Positions 38,544-51,700 of a DNA stretch of 56,092 bases are shown piece after piece. Source of the stretch: a virus (Duplodnaviria > Caudoviricetes); the IMG/VR virus record IMGVR_UViG_3300037264_000469, positions 1-56,092 of that record. One strand, 5' to 3'. A program made the translations under genes and the position numbers. The notes under the pieces were generated by a model. It worked only from the letters and a program-made list of their open reading frames with translations. It ran no database searches and was not told the origin of the DNA. Position 1 is the stretch's first letter; every line of letters begins with the position of its first letter.

Positions 38544-40174
38544 ACTCTTTCCCCACTATAATCAATTTTATCCAAAAGAGAATATCCAGAAAATTGCATA
38601 GTCAAAATCTCATCAAACACGCCGGTCTTATATTTGTTCAGATTGTTCATGAATAGTAAATCAGTTACATTCCATGGTGCAGTAGCATACATATTTTTAA
38701 ATAATTCATACGACCTTCGCGGGATCAAATAAGCATGAGCAGCAACAAAGTGACTTACAATCATATAATCGTTTTTTTTCTCTAAAATATTTTCGTTGTG
38801 ATGATGAACAAATGAAAACATTATTAAATCTTTATTATTATTTAAAATTTTACATGCTTTATTTATGTAATTAACAAATTGATCTGTGGTTATTCTTATA
38901 CCACAATCACACTCAAACATCATTATAAAATCATATTTATCTTCGGCAATAGCCTCAAGTAATCCATTCTTATGTGCTAAATAACATCCATAATGTCCCG
39001 GTGTTAATTTTCCACCGGGTTCCATAGAAATAAGGTCTGGGTTAATGCAATTTTCTCTGGGTGGAAGTTCCTTATATGGTTTATTAAAACACATTTTATA
39101 ATCTATTCCATAGTTTTTCAATTTTGATAAAGTTTGAATAGATTTCATTTCTCTTTTTGCAAATACATCCGTTAAAAGATGCCGAGCAGTTATTTTATAA
39201 TCTGCGGAAGATAAATCAATTTTAACATCATATGAAGAAGTTTCATATAATAAATATGATTTTATCAGTTTGATATTTTTATCAAAATCATCAGTTAGAA
39301 ATTGTATATTTTTGAATTTAGATAGTCCATCGCCATAAGTGCTTAAATTATATGCTAAAATAGGAATATTATAACTATTTGCCTCTACCAAGGTAATCGG
39401 TCTATTTTCAAATTTAGAAGTAAAAAGGAATAAATCACCTGCTATTAAGAATTTATAAACATCGTCTCTTTCATTCCACAATACACAATTATTTGGCATG
39501 TCATCTAATAGTGGTTTCCAATAAGCCTCAAAATTCAAAGCTCTATTTCCTATAAAATGAAATATTATTTTTTTATCTTTTAATTTTTTGGCATACTCAA
39601 AGATTTCTTTTTGATTTTTTCCAGGTGTAAAAAGACCTACGTTTATAACATGAAAATACGACGGATCTAAACCTAACTCATCTAAATATCTTCGTTTTAA
39701 ATCGGCAGTAGAATGTGGAAATTCTAATACATCAAAATCATTGGTTGTTTTTATGTATTGTTCCATGTTACATCCAGAAACAAACATGGTTTTATCCGCC
39801 ATAACCCATTTATCATTTAAATTGAACATAGTTCCATGAGTAGTTTCACAAATTTTGTAGGAACTATTTCCATACAATCTTTTTAAAATATCATCGGTAA
39901 TAAACGTTTCTGGATATTCTTCAAAATGAACTATTTCTGGATTTATTTTTTCTATTATTGAAAATATTTCTTCTTTATTAGAAGAAAGAGTAATAAGTTT
40001 TTCTCGTATTAATTCTCTTAATTTGTTTTTTTGAATAACATATGCATCGGCTATATTATCCCATTCTACGATATAAACATCAAACTCATTTACAAGACAT
40101 TGTACCTTTTTCAAAAGATATTGAGGCAATCCGCCGGTGGATAAATGAGGTGTAATAAATAAAATTTTCTTCAT
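38540..40174 (-). CDS. two-domain glycosyltransferase (GT4 plus GT25-like)
   Basis: PHLSTGG.PQ, KNQ, E..PI.L.EA; C-terminal GCYLAH, FECD, AHAYLI. Confidence 0.8.
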   Translation of the reverse strand: MKKILFITPHLSTGGLPQYLLKKVQCLVNEFDVYIVEWDNIADAYVIQKNKLRELIREKLITLSSNKEEIFSIIEKINPEIVHFEEYPETFITDDILKRLYGNSSYKICETTHGTMFNLNDKWVMADKTMFVSGCNMEQYIKTTNDFDVLEFPHSTADLKRRYLDELGLDPSYFHVINVGLFTPGKNQKEIFEYAKKLKDKKIIFHFIGNRALNFEAYWKPLLDDMPNNCVLWNERDDVYKFLIAGDLFLFTSKFENRPITLVEANSYNIPILAYNLSTYGDGLSKFKNIQFLTDDFDKNIKLIKSYLLYETSSYDVKIDLSSADYKITARHLLTDVFAKREMKSIQTLSKLKNYGIDYKMCFNKPYKELPPRENCINPDLISMEPGGKLTPGHYGCYLAHKNGLLEAIAEDKYDFIMMFECDCGIRITTDQFVNYINKACKILNNNKDLIMFSFVHHHNENILEKKNDYMIVSHFVAAHAYLIPRRSYELFKNMYATAPWNVTDLLFMNNLNKYKTGVFDEILTMQFSGYSLLDKIDYSGERV

Positions 40175-40223
40175 AACTTATTCGGTCATATATAGTATTT
40201 AAAACGGATTAAATCAACGAAAA

Positions 40224-41408
40224 TTATAATTTTTGACTTTTTATAATCCTTAAAAGGTTGTCTACAGTATTTTCTTCCGTAAGATGTGAAACTTTCTTAT
40301 TAGATAGCAACCCCTTTTCAATAATTTTGCTTTTATTATTATAACAATATCTAAAATTTTCTACAACACTTTTTTCATTAACTTTAGCCCAAAATCCTTC
40401 GGTAGGACCATACATTCCTAATGCTAATTCTTCTTCATAATCTATTGGAATTCCTACGTGTTCATCAAAAAATTCAGTTATTCCGCCATAATTTGCGGCC
40501 ATAACTGGTCTACCACACATCATTGCTTCGTGTTGCATAAGACCCCAACCTTCAGAATAAGACAAAGAGACGAAAACATCAAGACTTGCATAATAATCTG
40601 CCATTTTTTCTTCGGTATAATCATCAAATATTATTTTAATTCTGGAATCTGCATATCTCGGAAAGGATGAATACTGTTTGATATCAATTTTCACTCTTAA
40701 TTCTACATCTTTAATTTTTGGATTAAATGCTTTGCAAAAACATTCTATTGTATATTCCAATCTTTTTCTTGTTTGGTTTTGTGCTTCGCCACATCCAAAT
40801 ACCATTTTGGATTCAGTATGGGGAGGTCTATAAAAAAACGTATTTGGATTGATTCCAAGAGGTACAACATATATTGGAGAAGTTGTTCCGCTCTGTAAAA
40901 AATTAATACGATTCCAATTGGATGGAACTAATATTCTATTGTTGGGGTGGTTAAATCTGTTTACAACCATTGCGTCTAATTGAGAAGATTCCCACATCGT
41001 ATATATAAATTTTTTTCTTTTTAAATTGGAATTTAATAGGTGATTTTTTAATTGAAAATCCAGTGATAACGGGCAAACAACAAATTCATCCGTAGATAAC
41101 AATAAATCTCTTCCCACTGATCGAATTAAAGATGCATATTTTCCAACAACATTTGTATCAGTTGGAAGAATATATAAATCAACCCCCCTTAATAAAAAAT
41201 TTCTTATAAATACATCTATTATTTTACCATATCCAGAAATTGTATTAAGTGGAGATTTAAATAATAATATCACATCTTCTTCACTCGGTCGTTGTAACAT
41301 TTGTTGTGGCACGGGTGTACCCAAATTATTTTTACATAATTTATTTTTATGGGCAACAAACGATGAACTCAAAGCATTTGTAATATCAGATATAACATAT
41401 TCTATCAT
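40224..41408 (-). CDS. GT4-family glycosyltransferase
   Basis: SGYG, TMWE, VPS.WN, VVPLGI, EGWGL..HEAM.CG.PV. Confidence 0.88.
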   Translation of the reverse strand: MIEYVISDITNALSSSFVAHKNKLCKNNLGTPVPQQMLQRPSEEDVILLFKSPLNTISGYGKIIDVFIRNFLLRGVDLYILPTDTNVVGKYASLIRSVGRDLLLSTDEFVVCPLSLDFQLKNHLLNSNLKRKKFIYTMWESSQLDAMVVNRFNHPNNRILVPSNWNRINFLQSGTTSPIYVVPLGINPNTFFYRPPHTESKMVFGCGEAQNQTRKRLEYTIECFCKAFNPKIKDVELRVKIDIKQYSSFPRYADSRIKIIFDDYTEEKMADYYASLDVFVSLSYSEGWGLMQHEAMMCGRPVMAANYGGITEFFDEHVGIPIDYEEELALGMYGPTEGFWAKVNEKSVVENFRYCYNNKSKIIEKGLLSNKKVSHLTEENTVDNLLRIIKSQKL

Positions 41409-41411
41409 AAA

Positions 41412-41759
41412 TTATGGAGGATTACTTCCTGACGAAGAAAGATCATCTATATCGTCTGATGGAATAAATTCTGCTCCAATGGGAATATCATCAAACGAAT
41501 TATGATCTCTAATATATTCACGAATTGAAGGTTTTAATGTAGAAAATACAATTTGGCATACTTCTGTGACGCTTTTTCCAGAACAATCCGAAATTGGAAT
41601 ATGATGTTCAAAATATCGTATTTGTCTATTTGAAAGTATAACATCAAATCCTATTATTCGACGAAGATTATGATCTTCGTATCGTTTTAATATTAATTTA
41701 TAATTTTGTGGCATATGTTTGTTAATTAAATAGTTGAACGTATCGCGTTCCGACTCCAC
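41412..41759 (-). CDS. hypothetical protein
   Basis: ORF filling the gap between the fibre gene and GT4; true start may be ATG at ~41717. Confidence 0.55.
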   Translation of the reverse strand: MESERDTFNYLINKHMPQNYKLILKRYEDHNLRRIIGFDVILSNRQIRYFEHHIPISDCSGKSVTEVCQIVFSTLKPSIREYIRDHNSFDDIPIGAEFIPSDDIDDLSSSGSNPP

Positions 41760-44700
41760 TAATAATTATTGCTAACCATCCATAATGAGTAGTATGTGCT
41801 CCGGTTCCATCAGTGGAAGTGTTGGAACTAGCAACCGTAATAGATCCAGCCATATTTATAGATCCGTTAATATATAGTTTGTATCCACCCGGAGAGGCAC
41901 TAATTCCTACACCAGATCCATCGTCTTGAAGAATTGCACTACTGGCAATTGAAGTTCCATCAAATCTTAATACATATCCACTAGAAAACGAAGTATTATT
42001 GGTTCCGCCGATTGATATCGCAAATGGCGTAGCATATGTTGCACCACTAGTTCCCGATGTTCCTTTCGTTCCACTAGTACCCGATGTTCCATTATTACCT
42101 GCTGGTCCTTGTCCACCATCTATACCAGATGTTCCTGAGGTTCCCGATGTTCCTTTCGTTCCACTTGTGCCTGAAGATCCACTTATTCCAGATGTTCCTG
42201 AGGTTCCCGATGTTCCTTTCGTCCCACTTGTTCCAGATGTACCACTTACTCCTGATATACCCGATGTTCCGCTTGTTCCACTATATGCAAATGCGAAAGA
42301 AGCAGTTAAAGCGTGGGATGCAGAAATAGAATTAATAGCTAAACTTGCAGTTTCATTTATTGCTGGCACTTTTATAGTTGAAGAAGCCCATACTGGTCCG
42401 GTAAATATATCTGCTTCTGTTTTATGTACTATACTATCAAAACTAGCAGTCGTATATCCAATACAAACATCGCGCAATTTTATTGTAGGAACATCCCACT
42501 GAGTAGATACCCCCGCCTGATTTTGAATATAAATAATGGGACGCCCATCACTACCAGAACCAAAACTTGCTGTATAAAGTGAAGTATGAGGATTTCCTAA
42601 TACAAATGCATTTGTATTAAACCAACGATTTGGCGTTGCTGAAGTACTACCATTTCTTTGCCCAACTAAATAAAATGAAAGGGCATTAATAGTTGAAGTA
42701 TAATTATAAACATCAACCCATCCGGCAAATGTAAATGGATCTGTTAAATTTGGAAGTTGAATTCTTAAATATCCTGTTCCAATATATAGTCTACTAATAA
42801 ATCCTCTTTCAGGAATACTAATAAATGACCCGGTTGGAATAAATCTACTTGACACCAAATCCTCTCCCAATCCATGCCCACCAACTCCAACATGAGAATT
42901 TAAATTTAAAGAAGAAGATAGTTGTAAACTGTGAGATGCCGCATTATCTATTGTAATTATAGATCCACTATTAAATATAAATGTACTATTATCAATTTGG
43001 CGTAAAGAAGAACTTACTAATGTAGTTCCATTCCATTTTGGAATGTAATCATCAACCGGATGTCCTACATAAGATGCTGTTTGGGCAAATAAAGATGTAA
43101 TAGCAATACTTGCTGTATCTGTATTTCTTCCATCTAATACAGTCATGCCGAATGAAGTGGAAACGAAGTAATTAGTACTTGGAAATATATCTATCTCCAA
43201 ATTATTATTCAAGAATTCGTAGCTTTGTGATGTGTATCCAAAACAAACATCACGCATTCGGATCATGCTGAAGTTCCATGTCGTACTTGCTCCTCCATTA
43301 CCACCGATGTAGATACCCGGTCGTCCATCGCTACCAGTCCCAAAAGATGCTGTCAATCTATAGGATGTGTTGGTAGTATGGAATTTACTAGCGATATGTA
43401 ATGCACTAACATCTTGCCAGATGGTGTTGCCAGCTACAAGGTTAGAAGGTGTGCCGCTAACATATATTGAAGATCCTCCCCGATTGGAATTAAGAGAATA
43501 TAAATCAATCCAAGCAGAGAAGATACATGCTCCACCCTGTAAAGGAGGCAATTGAATTCTTAGTGCTCCGATGGGGGATTCCCTATCGGATAAGAATCCT
43601 TTTTTCGGAATAGTAATAAACGATCCAGTCCCGAATAATCCGCGTATGCTTCCACTTTCTTTTGTTCGTGCCCCACCACCGATGCTTACATTATAATCTA
43701 AATTCAATGAAGCGGATAATAATAATGCAGTACTTGATGCGCTATCTATGGTGATTATTGAAGCACTATTAAATATAAATGTACTATCACCAACTTGGCG
43801 TAAGGAAGAAGTTACTAATGTAGATCCATTCCATCTTGAAATATAATCATCAACTGGATTTCCTACATAGGATGCTGTTAATGTCCACGATGCAGTTGTC
43901 GCATATGAAGATGTTCCAATGAAAGACCCGTGAAAAGAACCGGTTCCAAACGCGGATGCTGAAACAGGACCCCCAATATGTAATTTTGCTCTCGGAATTA
44001 ATGTTCCTATACCAACACTAGAATTAGTATCTATTGCTAAATATGTTGAACCAGATGTTACTAATTGACCAAATCCCAGATTGCTTCCGGAAACATAACC
44101 CGTATTTAGATTATTTGTATATTGAATTGTTGGACTTGCATCTAATGCTACAATTTCACATTTAGCTATATCTATTTCAAAATAGGTATTAATTGGAGTA
44201 TTTTCTATAATATAAAAAAAAGCAGTAATCGCAAATGACCCCACATTTCCTATAACTTGTAAAAATTCATAATAAGACCATTCTTTTGTAAGAAATTTTG
44301 ATGTAAGCCAATATCCAGATGTTCCAGTTCCTACCGCATTACTAGCAAAATTCCAAGATTTATCCCCTAAAGAACCAGTATTCATTCTAGCCCACATTTT
44401 ATATAACAACCTATCACCGGGCTTATATTGAAATCCACTGATGGAACCCGTTAAAGATGCACCAATGCCAGCATAAAATCCACCAAATCCAGGAGTAGGA
44501 GTTACATTATATGTTCCTGTTCCATCATATTTAACTTTAAGTATTCTGCCACTAGAATTTGGTACACTACCACTAATTGAACTAGTATCCACTGTAGAAG
44601 ATATAGTTACTTTACCACTCGCAGAATTATCATATACTGCCCAACCTGTAATTCCATCTAAAAATTCGGTGTTTCTGTTTGTTATTCTTCCGGATAATGA

Positions 44701-45696
44701 ATTCAATAAACTTATAGATCCAGAATTTCTTAATTGAGTACCGTTTGGAATACGAATTCTTACATCACCCGCATCAATATTATTTATATTGATTTCTAAA
44801 CTTGCTGTTCCTGTTGTACGATTAACCAATGATAAAAGTGCTGATGGTGTAGTTGTATTTATACCAACTCTGTTTCCGTCATCATAAACTAAACTTGCTG
44901 AATTTAATGTATTATTATTCCATCTAGGAACGTAATTATTAGTTCCATTTCCAATAAAAGATGCGGTTAATGAATAACTAGCAGATAATGACAGGCTAGA
45001 AGAATCTACAGATTTAGCACTTATTCTTTCAATAGGAATTGATGAAGTAATGTAATAATCTAGCCACTGATAAAAATCAAAGTCAATGCCATTATTTAAA
45101 GCATCAAAACTTGCTGTAGTATAACCAAAGGTGAAATCGCGAAATTTAACGGTTGGTGTGTCCCAATTTGAATTTACTCCACTAGAATTACCAATGTAAA
45201 TTGTTGGTCGACCAAAACTACTAGTTCCAAAACTTGCTGTTAACTTATGCTCATTGTTTTTATTTGCTATAGAAATTGCGGAAAGAATATTCCAATTTCT
45301 ATTACTTACTGTCTCAGTTACCACTCCACTTAAATATATTGTGGAAGCCTTATAAGAATCGTTGAGAGTTAAAAAATCCAACCATCCACTAAAATAATAT
45401 CCTGATGGTATATTAGGAAGTTGAATTCTTAAAAATCCAGACATTGACGCACCATTTCCAGCTAAAAAACTATTTTTCGGAATTGTTATGTATGATCCGC
45501 GTCCTATTATTGGACTGGCACTTGCACTTTCTGGATTTTTAGCTGCTCCGCCAATTCCAATATCTCTATACAACGATAATGAAGCCGACAGATTAAGCGA
45601 CGATGATATAGCATTTTCAATTGTTATTGCCGAATTATCTATAAAGGTCGCATCACCCCTTACTATTAGACCATTTTTTACTACAAATTCATTCAT
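41722..45696 (-). CDS. virion fibre/appendage protein with three repeated domains and a short GTS collagen stretch
   Basis: N-terminal NEFVVKNGL; three LRIQLP...TASFG...GRP.IYI modules; VGI.T..P fibre motifs; Gly-X-Y run. Confidence 0.75.
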   Translation of the reverse strand: MNEFVVKNGLIVRGDATFIDNSAITIENAISSSLNLSASLSLYRDIGIGGAAKNPESASASPIIGRGSYITIPKNSFLAGNGASMSGFLRIQLPNIPSGYYFSGWLDFLTLNDSYKASTIYLSGVVTETVSNRNWNILSAISIANKNNEHKLTASFGTSSFGRPTIYIGNSSGVNSNWDTPTVKFRDFTFGYTTASFDALNNGIDFDFYQWLDYYITSSIPIERISAKSVDSSSLSLSASYSLTASFIGNGTNNYVPRWNNNTLNSASLVYDDGNRVGINTTTPSALLSLVNRTTGTASLEININNIDAGDVRIRIPNGTQLRNSGSISLLNSLSGRITNRNTEFLDGITGWAVYDNSASGKVTISSTVDTSSISGSVPNSSGRILKVKYDGTGTYNVTPTPGFGGFYAGIGASLTGSISGFQYKPGDRLLYKMWARMNTGSLGDKSWNFASNAVGTGTSGYWLTSKFLTKEWSYYEFLQVIGNVGSFAITAFFYIIENTPINTYFEIDIAKCEIVALDASPTIQYTNNLNTGYVSGSNLGFGQLVTSGSTYLAIDTNSSVGIGTLIPRAKLHIGGPVSASAFGTGSFHGSFIGTSSYATTASWTLTASYVGNPVDDYISRWNGSTLVTSSLRQVGDSTFIFNSASIITIDSASSTALLLSASLNLDYNVSIGGGARTKESGSIRGLFGTGSFITIPKKGFLSDRESPIGALRIQLPPLQGGACIFSAWIDLYSLNSNRGGSSIYVSGTPSNLVAGNTIWQDVSALHIASKFHTTNTSYRLTASFGTGSDGRPGIYIGGNGGASTTWNFSMIRMRDVCFGYTSQSYEFLNNNLEIDIFPSTNYFVSTSFGMTVLDGRNTDTASIAITSLFAQTASYVGHPVDDYIPKWNGTTLVSSSLRQIDNSTFIFNSGSIITIDNAASHSLQLSSSLNLNSHVGVGGHGLGEDLVSSRFIPTGSFISIPERGFISRLYIGTGYLRIQLPNLTDPFTFAGWVDVYNYTSTINALSFYLVGQRNGSTSATPNRWFNTNAFVLGNPHTSLYTASFGSGSDGRPIIYIQNQAGVSTQWDVPTIKLRDVCIGYTTASFDSIVHKTEADIFTGPVWASSTIKVPAINETASLAINSISASHALTASFAFAYSGTSGTSGISGVSGTSGTSGTKGTSGTSGTSGISGSSGTSGTKGTSGTSGTSGIDGGQGPAGNNGTSGTSGTKGTSGTSGATYATPFAISIGGTNNTSFSSGYVLRFDGTSIASSAILQDDGSGVGISASPGGYKLYINGSINMAGSITVASSNTSTDGTGAHTTHYGWLAIIISGVGTRYVQLFN

Positions 45697-45720
45697 AATT
45701 TATTCTTTCATTTTCCAGAA

Positions 45721-48700
45721 TTACATTATTTTTATTGATGCTTTAACTGCCCATCCAGCAGTGTTACTTGACCTAGTAACTAACCCCACATCCCCCGGAC
45801 CTACCGTATTAAGTTTAATTGACATAGATAAAGCATTGGTATTACCAATTTCAGCGGTGGTTACTTCATTGTATTCAATATTATCATCATTCCAATTTGC
45901 TACCATCATACCGGCTCTACTATTAGAACCCGATGCCACGCTGTATTCAAAGTAACCAGATCTATAAGAACCAGTGTTAGTATAAAACATTACAAAATCT
46001 AAGTTAGGTGAAGGTATTATTATACTTGCATAATCAATCTTTATATCACCAAAATTAAAATTATTATTGGTAAAATGACTTGATGATACCGCATAACTCG
46101 AAGATAAAGAACTACTTGCCCACGAGGCCGACACAGCATATATACTTTGAGTAGAATATATTGACACTTTGGATTTTTCACTCCACGAAGATGTTCCATG
46201 AAATGATCCAGTTCCAAAAATAGATGCTGATATTGCCCCTTGAACATGAAATTTTGCTTGTGGACTTGATGTACCAATACCTAAGTTTCCACCTAGGATA
46301 TACTGGTTATCAGAATGTCCTAATGCCACAATTGTATTGCTACCTGAAACAATTATGAACTTACTGGTAGGATAAAATCTAAATTGGTTTGGATTATTGT
46401 AAACATTTATCACCATATTACTGTGGCTTACAAATGGCGTAATGAATGCATAGGTTATTGAACCTAATCCACCATAAGAACCAAATATTGAAAATGACTG
46501 TGATAATGGATTTGCTATTCCTACTTGACCTACTGAATAATATCTTGCCCATCCTCCATCACCTAGCGTTGCAATTTGAACGCCATAAGGTGCATGAGAA
46601 GAAGATAGAACTAGCCCACCGTATGTAATATGTGGTGCGGTTGTAGAACCAAAATCTCTAATTGCACCAATACCAAGTTGATTATCGGTTACCCATCTTG
46701 CAGTATAATTCGTACTACCACCCAAGACTTCATTAGATATATCAGAATAACTAGATGTTACTGCGTAGCTTCCTGTAAATGTATAACTTGCCGTTATAGT
46801 ATATGACGAACTTCTAGCATATGATGCGGTTATGGCGTATGAAGCAGATTCATATGGTAAATAAGCTTCTATTGGAAGCGTATCACTATTTATTTCTTCA
46901 ACCCGTGGTCCCCAAAAATAAACTACACTGCTGGTTGTTGTATTATAATATTCAGATACTCTCTGTGTTTGAACATTACCTGTGCCTATTTTATATTCTA
47001 CACCAGATGTTCTGTCAAATGAACCGGATTGAGTATATACTCCGCTTTTTAATAAGGATGATCCAGTTGAATCCGTGGCCCATAAATAACCTACAAATAA
47101 TAACCACTGATCTTTCGGGAGCGACGATGCATTTCTTTGTAAGAAGAACGGATTGCCATTAACCGTATTATTTAAATTTAATGTATTAGATGTAGAAGCA
47201 CCTAAAAAGATAGTTCCGTTATTTGGTGGTGTATTACTTAAAATTTTAACCCAAACAGAATATCTATGAGATTTACTAGGAATAGCAGGTAAAGTAGCAT
47301 CCCATCCGCCATTAGCAGCGAAATCTCCTGCTGATGTTACTTTCCAAATTAATGATCGTTGTCCATATGGATCAACATCATAACTTCTTGTGTTTTCATT
47401 ATTAGCACCAACTTGGATAAACACTGTTTCGACCATTGGTCCACTTCCACTATACCACTGAGTATCTGGAACCAAATTTCTGGCAACATATCCCGTTTTA
47501 TCAACAAGATATTGAGAAGAAGAAAGCGTAGTGGTTACTGTAACTTTATCACTATTACCATAAATTTCCGACGTTGAACTTAATTTATTATTGTTGACCC
47601 ATTTAATATAATAATCATTAGTTCCTTCTCCAACATAAGATGCAGTTAATGCATAAGATGCAGATATACAACAAAGCGCACAACTTGCAAAACTGGAAGT
47701 TTTAGAATATGATGAACTTAATGTATATGATGAACTTAATGTATATGATGAACTTAATGTATATGATGCTGATAAGGCATATGAGGCCGATAAGGCATAT
47801 GAGGCCGATAAGGCATTTAACGCATAAGAAGCAGTTCTGTTTGTATGAACTTCACCGCTAACATCAACAGTTAGTAAATCAATGTCAGATAATTGTTGTA
47901 TTAATCCTGTTAACCTTAGTGGATCAGAAGAGGCAGATATATGTAATTTGTTAGTGGGTGTTGTTGTATTTATTCCTACATTTCCATCTATACCTTTAAT
48001 AGTCATCCATGTATTGTAATCAGTCAAGCTGGATGAAATAAAATCAAATTTTAGATTAAAATCATTGCTTGCTGCTGAAATTTGATCAGTAGATACCCGC
48101 ATTCTTTCGAACGATCCATATTTAAATGCTAATCTTGCATCATTTCCAGTAAATCCAGAAGCTAGATATGGAGATTCTATAATCATTCCTACGGAACCGC
48201 TTTGAGAAAATATCCTCATTCCACTTCCACTTACATCTAAACTATATGAAGGAGCAACTTGTCCTGTGCTTATTCCTATAAATCCTCCGTTTGGATTTAA
48301 TATCAAAGGAAATCTTGAAGATAGATCTATCTGGCTAGTAAATTGAAGCCATGCCCCCAATCCACTATGCATAGATCCGATGTCTAAAACTCCATTGGAA
48401 TCGGTATGTCTTAGTCTCAATATCGATCCGGTTTGGATTTTTCCTGATGCCGCAGGCCACGCACTTGGAAGTGTAGAAACTACATCTAAAGATGAAGATG
48501 GATTAGTTTGATTTACTCCAATAAAATTATTAGTTGGGTATTCCGTCATTATGGAATCGCCAATAGTAGTTGGAGAAGTAAATTTTACTATTCTATTTGT
48601 GGTTCCACTTATTGCTACTGATGTTCCACTTGTACCAGACGAACCGCTTACTCCTGATGTTCCGCTTGTACCAGATGTGCCTTTAGTTCCACTTGTACCA

Positions 48701-51700
48701 GACGAACCACTTACTCCTGATGTTCCGCTTGTACCAGATGTGCCTTTAGTTCCACTTGTACCTGAAGAACCACTCACTCCTGATGTTCCAGATGTACCTT
48801 CTGTTCCACTTGTTCCCGATGTTCCACTTGTTCCTGAAGAACCACTCACTCCAGATGTACCACTTGTACCAGATGTGCCTTTAGTTCCACTAGTTCCCGA
48901 AGAACCACTCACTCCTGATGTTCCAGATGTACCTGAAGTACCATCCATTCCGGATGTACCACTTGTACCAGATGTGCCTTTAGTTCCACTAGTTCCCGAA
49001 GAACCACTCACTCCTGATGTTCCAGATGTACCTGAAGTACCATCCATTCCGGATGTACCCCCTGTACCACTTGTACCAGATGTGCCTTTAGTTCCACTAG
49101 TTCCCGAAGAACCACTCACTCCTGATGTTCCAGATGTACCTTCCGTTCCACTTGTTCCCGATGTACCTTTTGTTCCTGATGTACCCGAAGTACCTCTTGT
49201 TCCACTTGTACCCGACGAACCACTTATTCCTGATGTTCCACTCGTTCCACTTGTACCTTCTGTTCCACTGGTGCCTGATGAACCACTTACTCCACTTGTT
49301 CCTGATGTTCCTTTTGTTCCACTTGTACCCGACGAACCACTTATTCCTGATGTTCCACTAGTTCCCGATGTACCTTCTGTTCCACTAGTTCCTGATGTAC
49401 CTTCTGTTCCACTGGTGCCTGATGATCCACTTACTCCACTTGTTCCTGATGTTCCTCTTGTTCCACTTGTACCGCTTGTTCCAGTCGTTCCTGATGTTCC
49501 TTTTGTCCCACTTGTACCTGATGTACCACTTGGAGTTATAGCATACGATGCTGTTATTGCATGACTCGATGTTAATGCATATGATGCAGATGTTGATCCT
49601 GATGCATATGATGCCGATACAACAAATGTTAGAGATTGAGTTACATCGAAGAATTTAAAATAACTTCCACTTAAAGTATACGAGGCTGATAATGCTTCCT
49701 TTGCAAATAATGTATAGGATGCCGTTTTACTTGAGTGAACAACCCCACTAACATCAATAGTTAATAAATCAATATCTGATGATTCTATTACATTTTGTAA
49801 TCGTAATGGATTAGCGGCAGAAGATACATGTAATCTGTTGGTTGGAAGTATCGTGCCAATTCCTACATCTACTCCATCTTCATAAATTAAACTCGTAGGA
49901 GTTAAGGTATTGTTTTGCCATTTTGGAATGTAATTATCAACACCTTCTCCGATATATGATGCACTCAATGCATATGAAGAACTTAGTGAAAACGAAGAAC
50001 TTAGTGAAAATGAAGCGGTTAATGAAAATGAAGAACTTAATGAAAATGATGTGGTTATTGGATAAGTAGATCCGGATACAATAAATGCACTTGTTCCTGA
50101 TGTACCTCTTGTCCCACTTGTTCCTGATGTTCCTCTTGTTCCACTAGTTCCTGAAGAACCACTTACTCCAGACGTTCCAGAAGTACCAGCAGTTCCGGAT
50201 GTTCCACTTGTTCCTGAAGTTCCGTTTGTTCCACTTGTTCCTGAAGAACCACTCACTCCAGATGTTCCAGATGTGCCTTTAGTTCCACTTGTTCCAGATG
50301 AACCACTTATTCCTGATGTTCCACTAGTTCCCGATGTACCTTCTGTTCCACTGGTGCCTGATGATCCACTTACTCCACTTGTTCCTGATGTTCCTCTTGT
50401 TCCACTAGTTCCTGAAGAACCACTTACTCCAGACGTTCCAGAAGTACCAGCAGTTCCGTATGTTCCACTTGTCCCAGAAGTACCTTTTGTTCCACTAGTT
50501 CCTGAAGAACCACTTACTCCAGACGTTCCAGAAGTACCAGCAGTTCCGGATGTTCCACTTGTTCCTGATGATCCACTTATGCCAGATGTACCTGAAGTAC
50601 CAGCTGTTCCCGAAGTTCCTGTTGTACCGCTAGTTCCCGATGATCCACTCACTCCTGATGTTCCCGAAGTACCAGCAGTTCCTTTTGTTCCGCTCGTTCC
50701 AGATGAACCACTTACTCCAGATGTACCGGATGTACCAGCAGTTCCTGATGTTCCTTTTGTTCCGCTCGTTCCGCTTGGAGTTATAGCATATGAAGCACTT
50801 ATTGAATATGATGCCGTTTTATTTGTATGAACAACTCCATTGACATCAACAGTTAATAAATTAATATCGTTTAGTTCTCTTAACCCAGCCAGTTTCAGTG
50901 GATCTTGCGATGAAGACACATATAATTTATGTAATGATTCGGTTGATCCAATTGATAAATTTGACCTGATATAAGATGGACTTTCGTTGATAGAATATAT
51001 TGCCCATGGATTATCTACTGTTCCCGGCTCAAACTTATTTGTATCAATAAAAATACCATAACTATTTTCTATATATGATGCACTCTGACAGAATGGAGTT
51101 ATGTAAACTCCATAAGATCGTGAGATACTACCAGTAATCCATTCATCTTCTGAACTTAATCCAAATTGAACTCTAATTCCATATAATCCCTCAAGCCTTC
51201 CTTTATGATCAGTTCCTAGTGTAGATTGAACATTTAATGCAATATAATGTCCACTATTAGTGATAAAATTATTAACATATGTATTACCTAAATTGTTTTC
51301 ATATGACGACCAATAATAAGTTCCATCTATAGTAGCTCTGAAAGCCGGAATCGTTCTAATACTAGAAACATCTCGATCAAATACAAGACCCTGAACATCC
51401 AAAATTGCATCTTCTACATCAAACGAATTTATTCCAACAAACTGACCATGATTGCTTATGGCAGAAACTTGAGTCAATTTATTATTAAGCCAGTAAGGTA
51501 CAAAATAATCTGATCCTTCTCCAATATAAGATGCGGTTAATGCGTAAGATGCAGATAGAGCATTCAATGCCCAAGATGATGTAATTGGATATAATGATCC
51601 AGTTGTGAAATTAGCACTTATTCCACTTGTGCCAGATGAACCAGCCGTACCAGATGTACCTTTTGTTCCACTAGTTCCTGACGTACCTGTTGTTCCACTC

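Noticed and set aside
152-47577. Numerous 60-170 aa ORFs nested in or antisense to long genes
   Set aside because: No motifs or initiation signals; fully overlapped by well-supported CDSs
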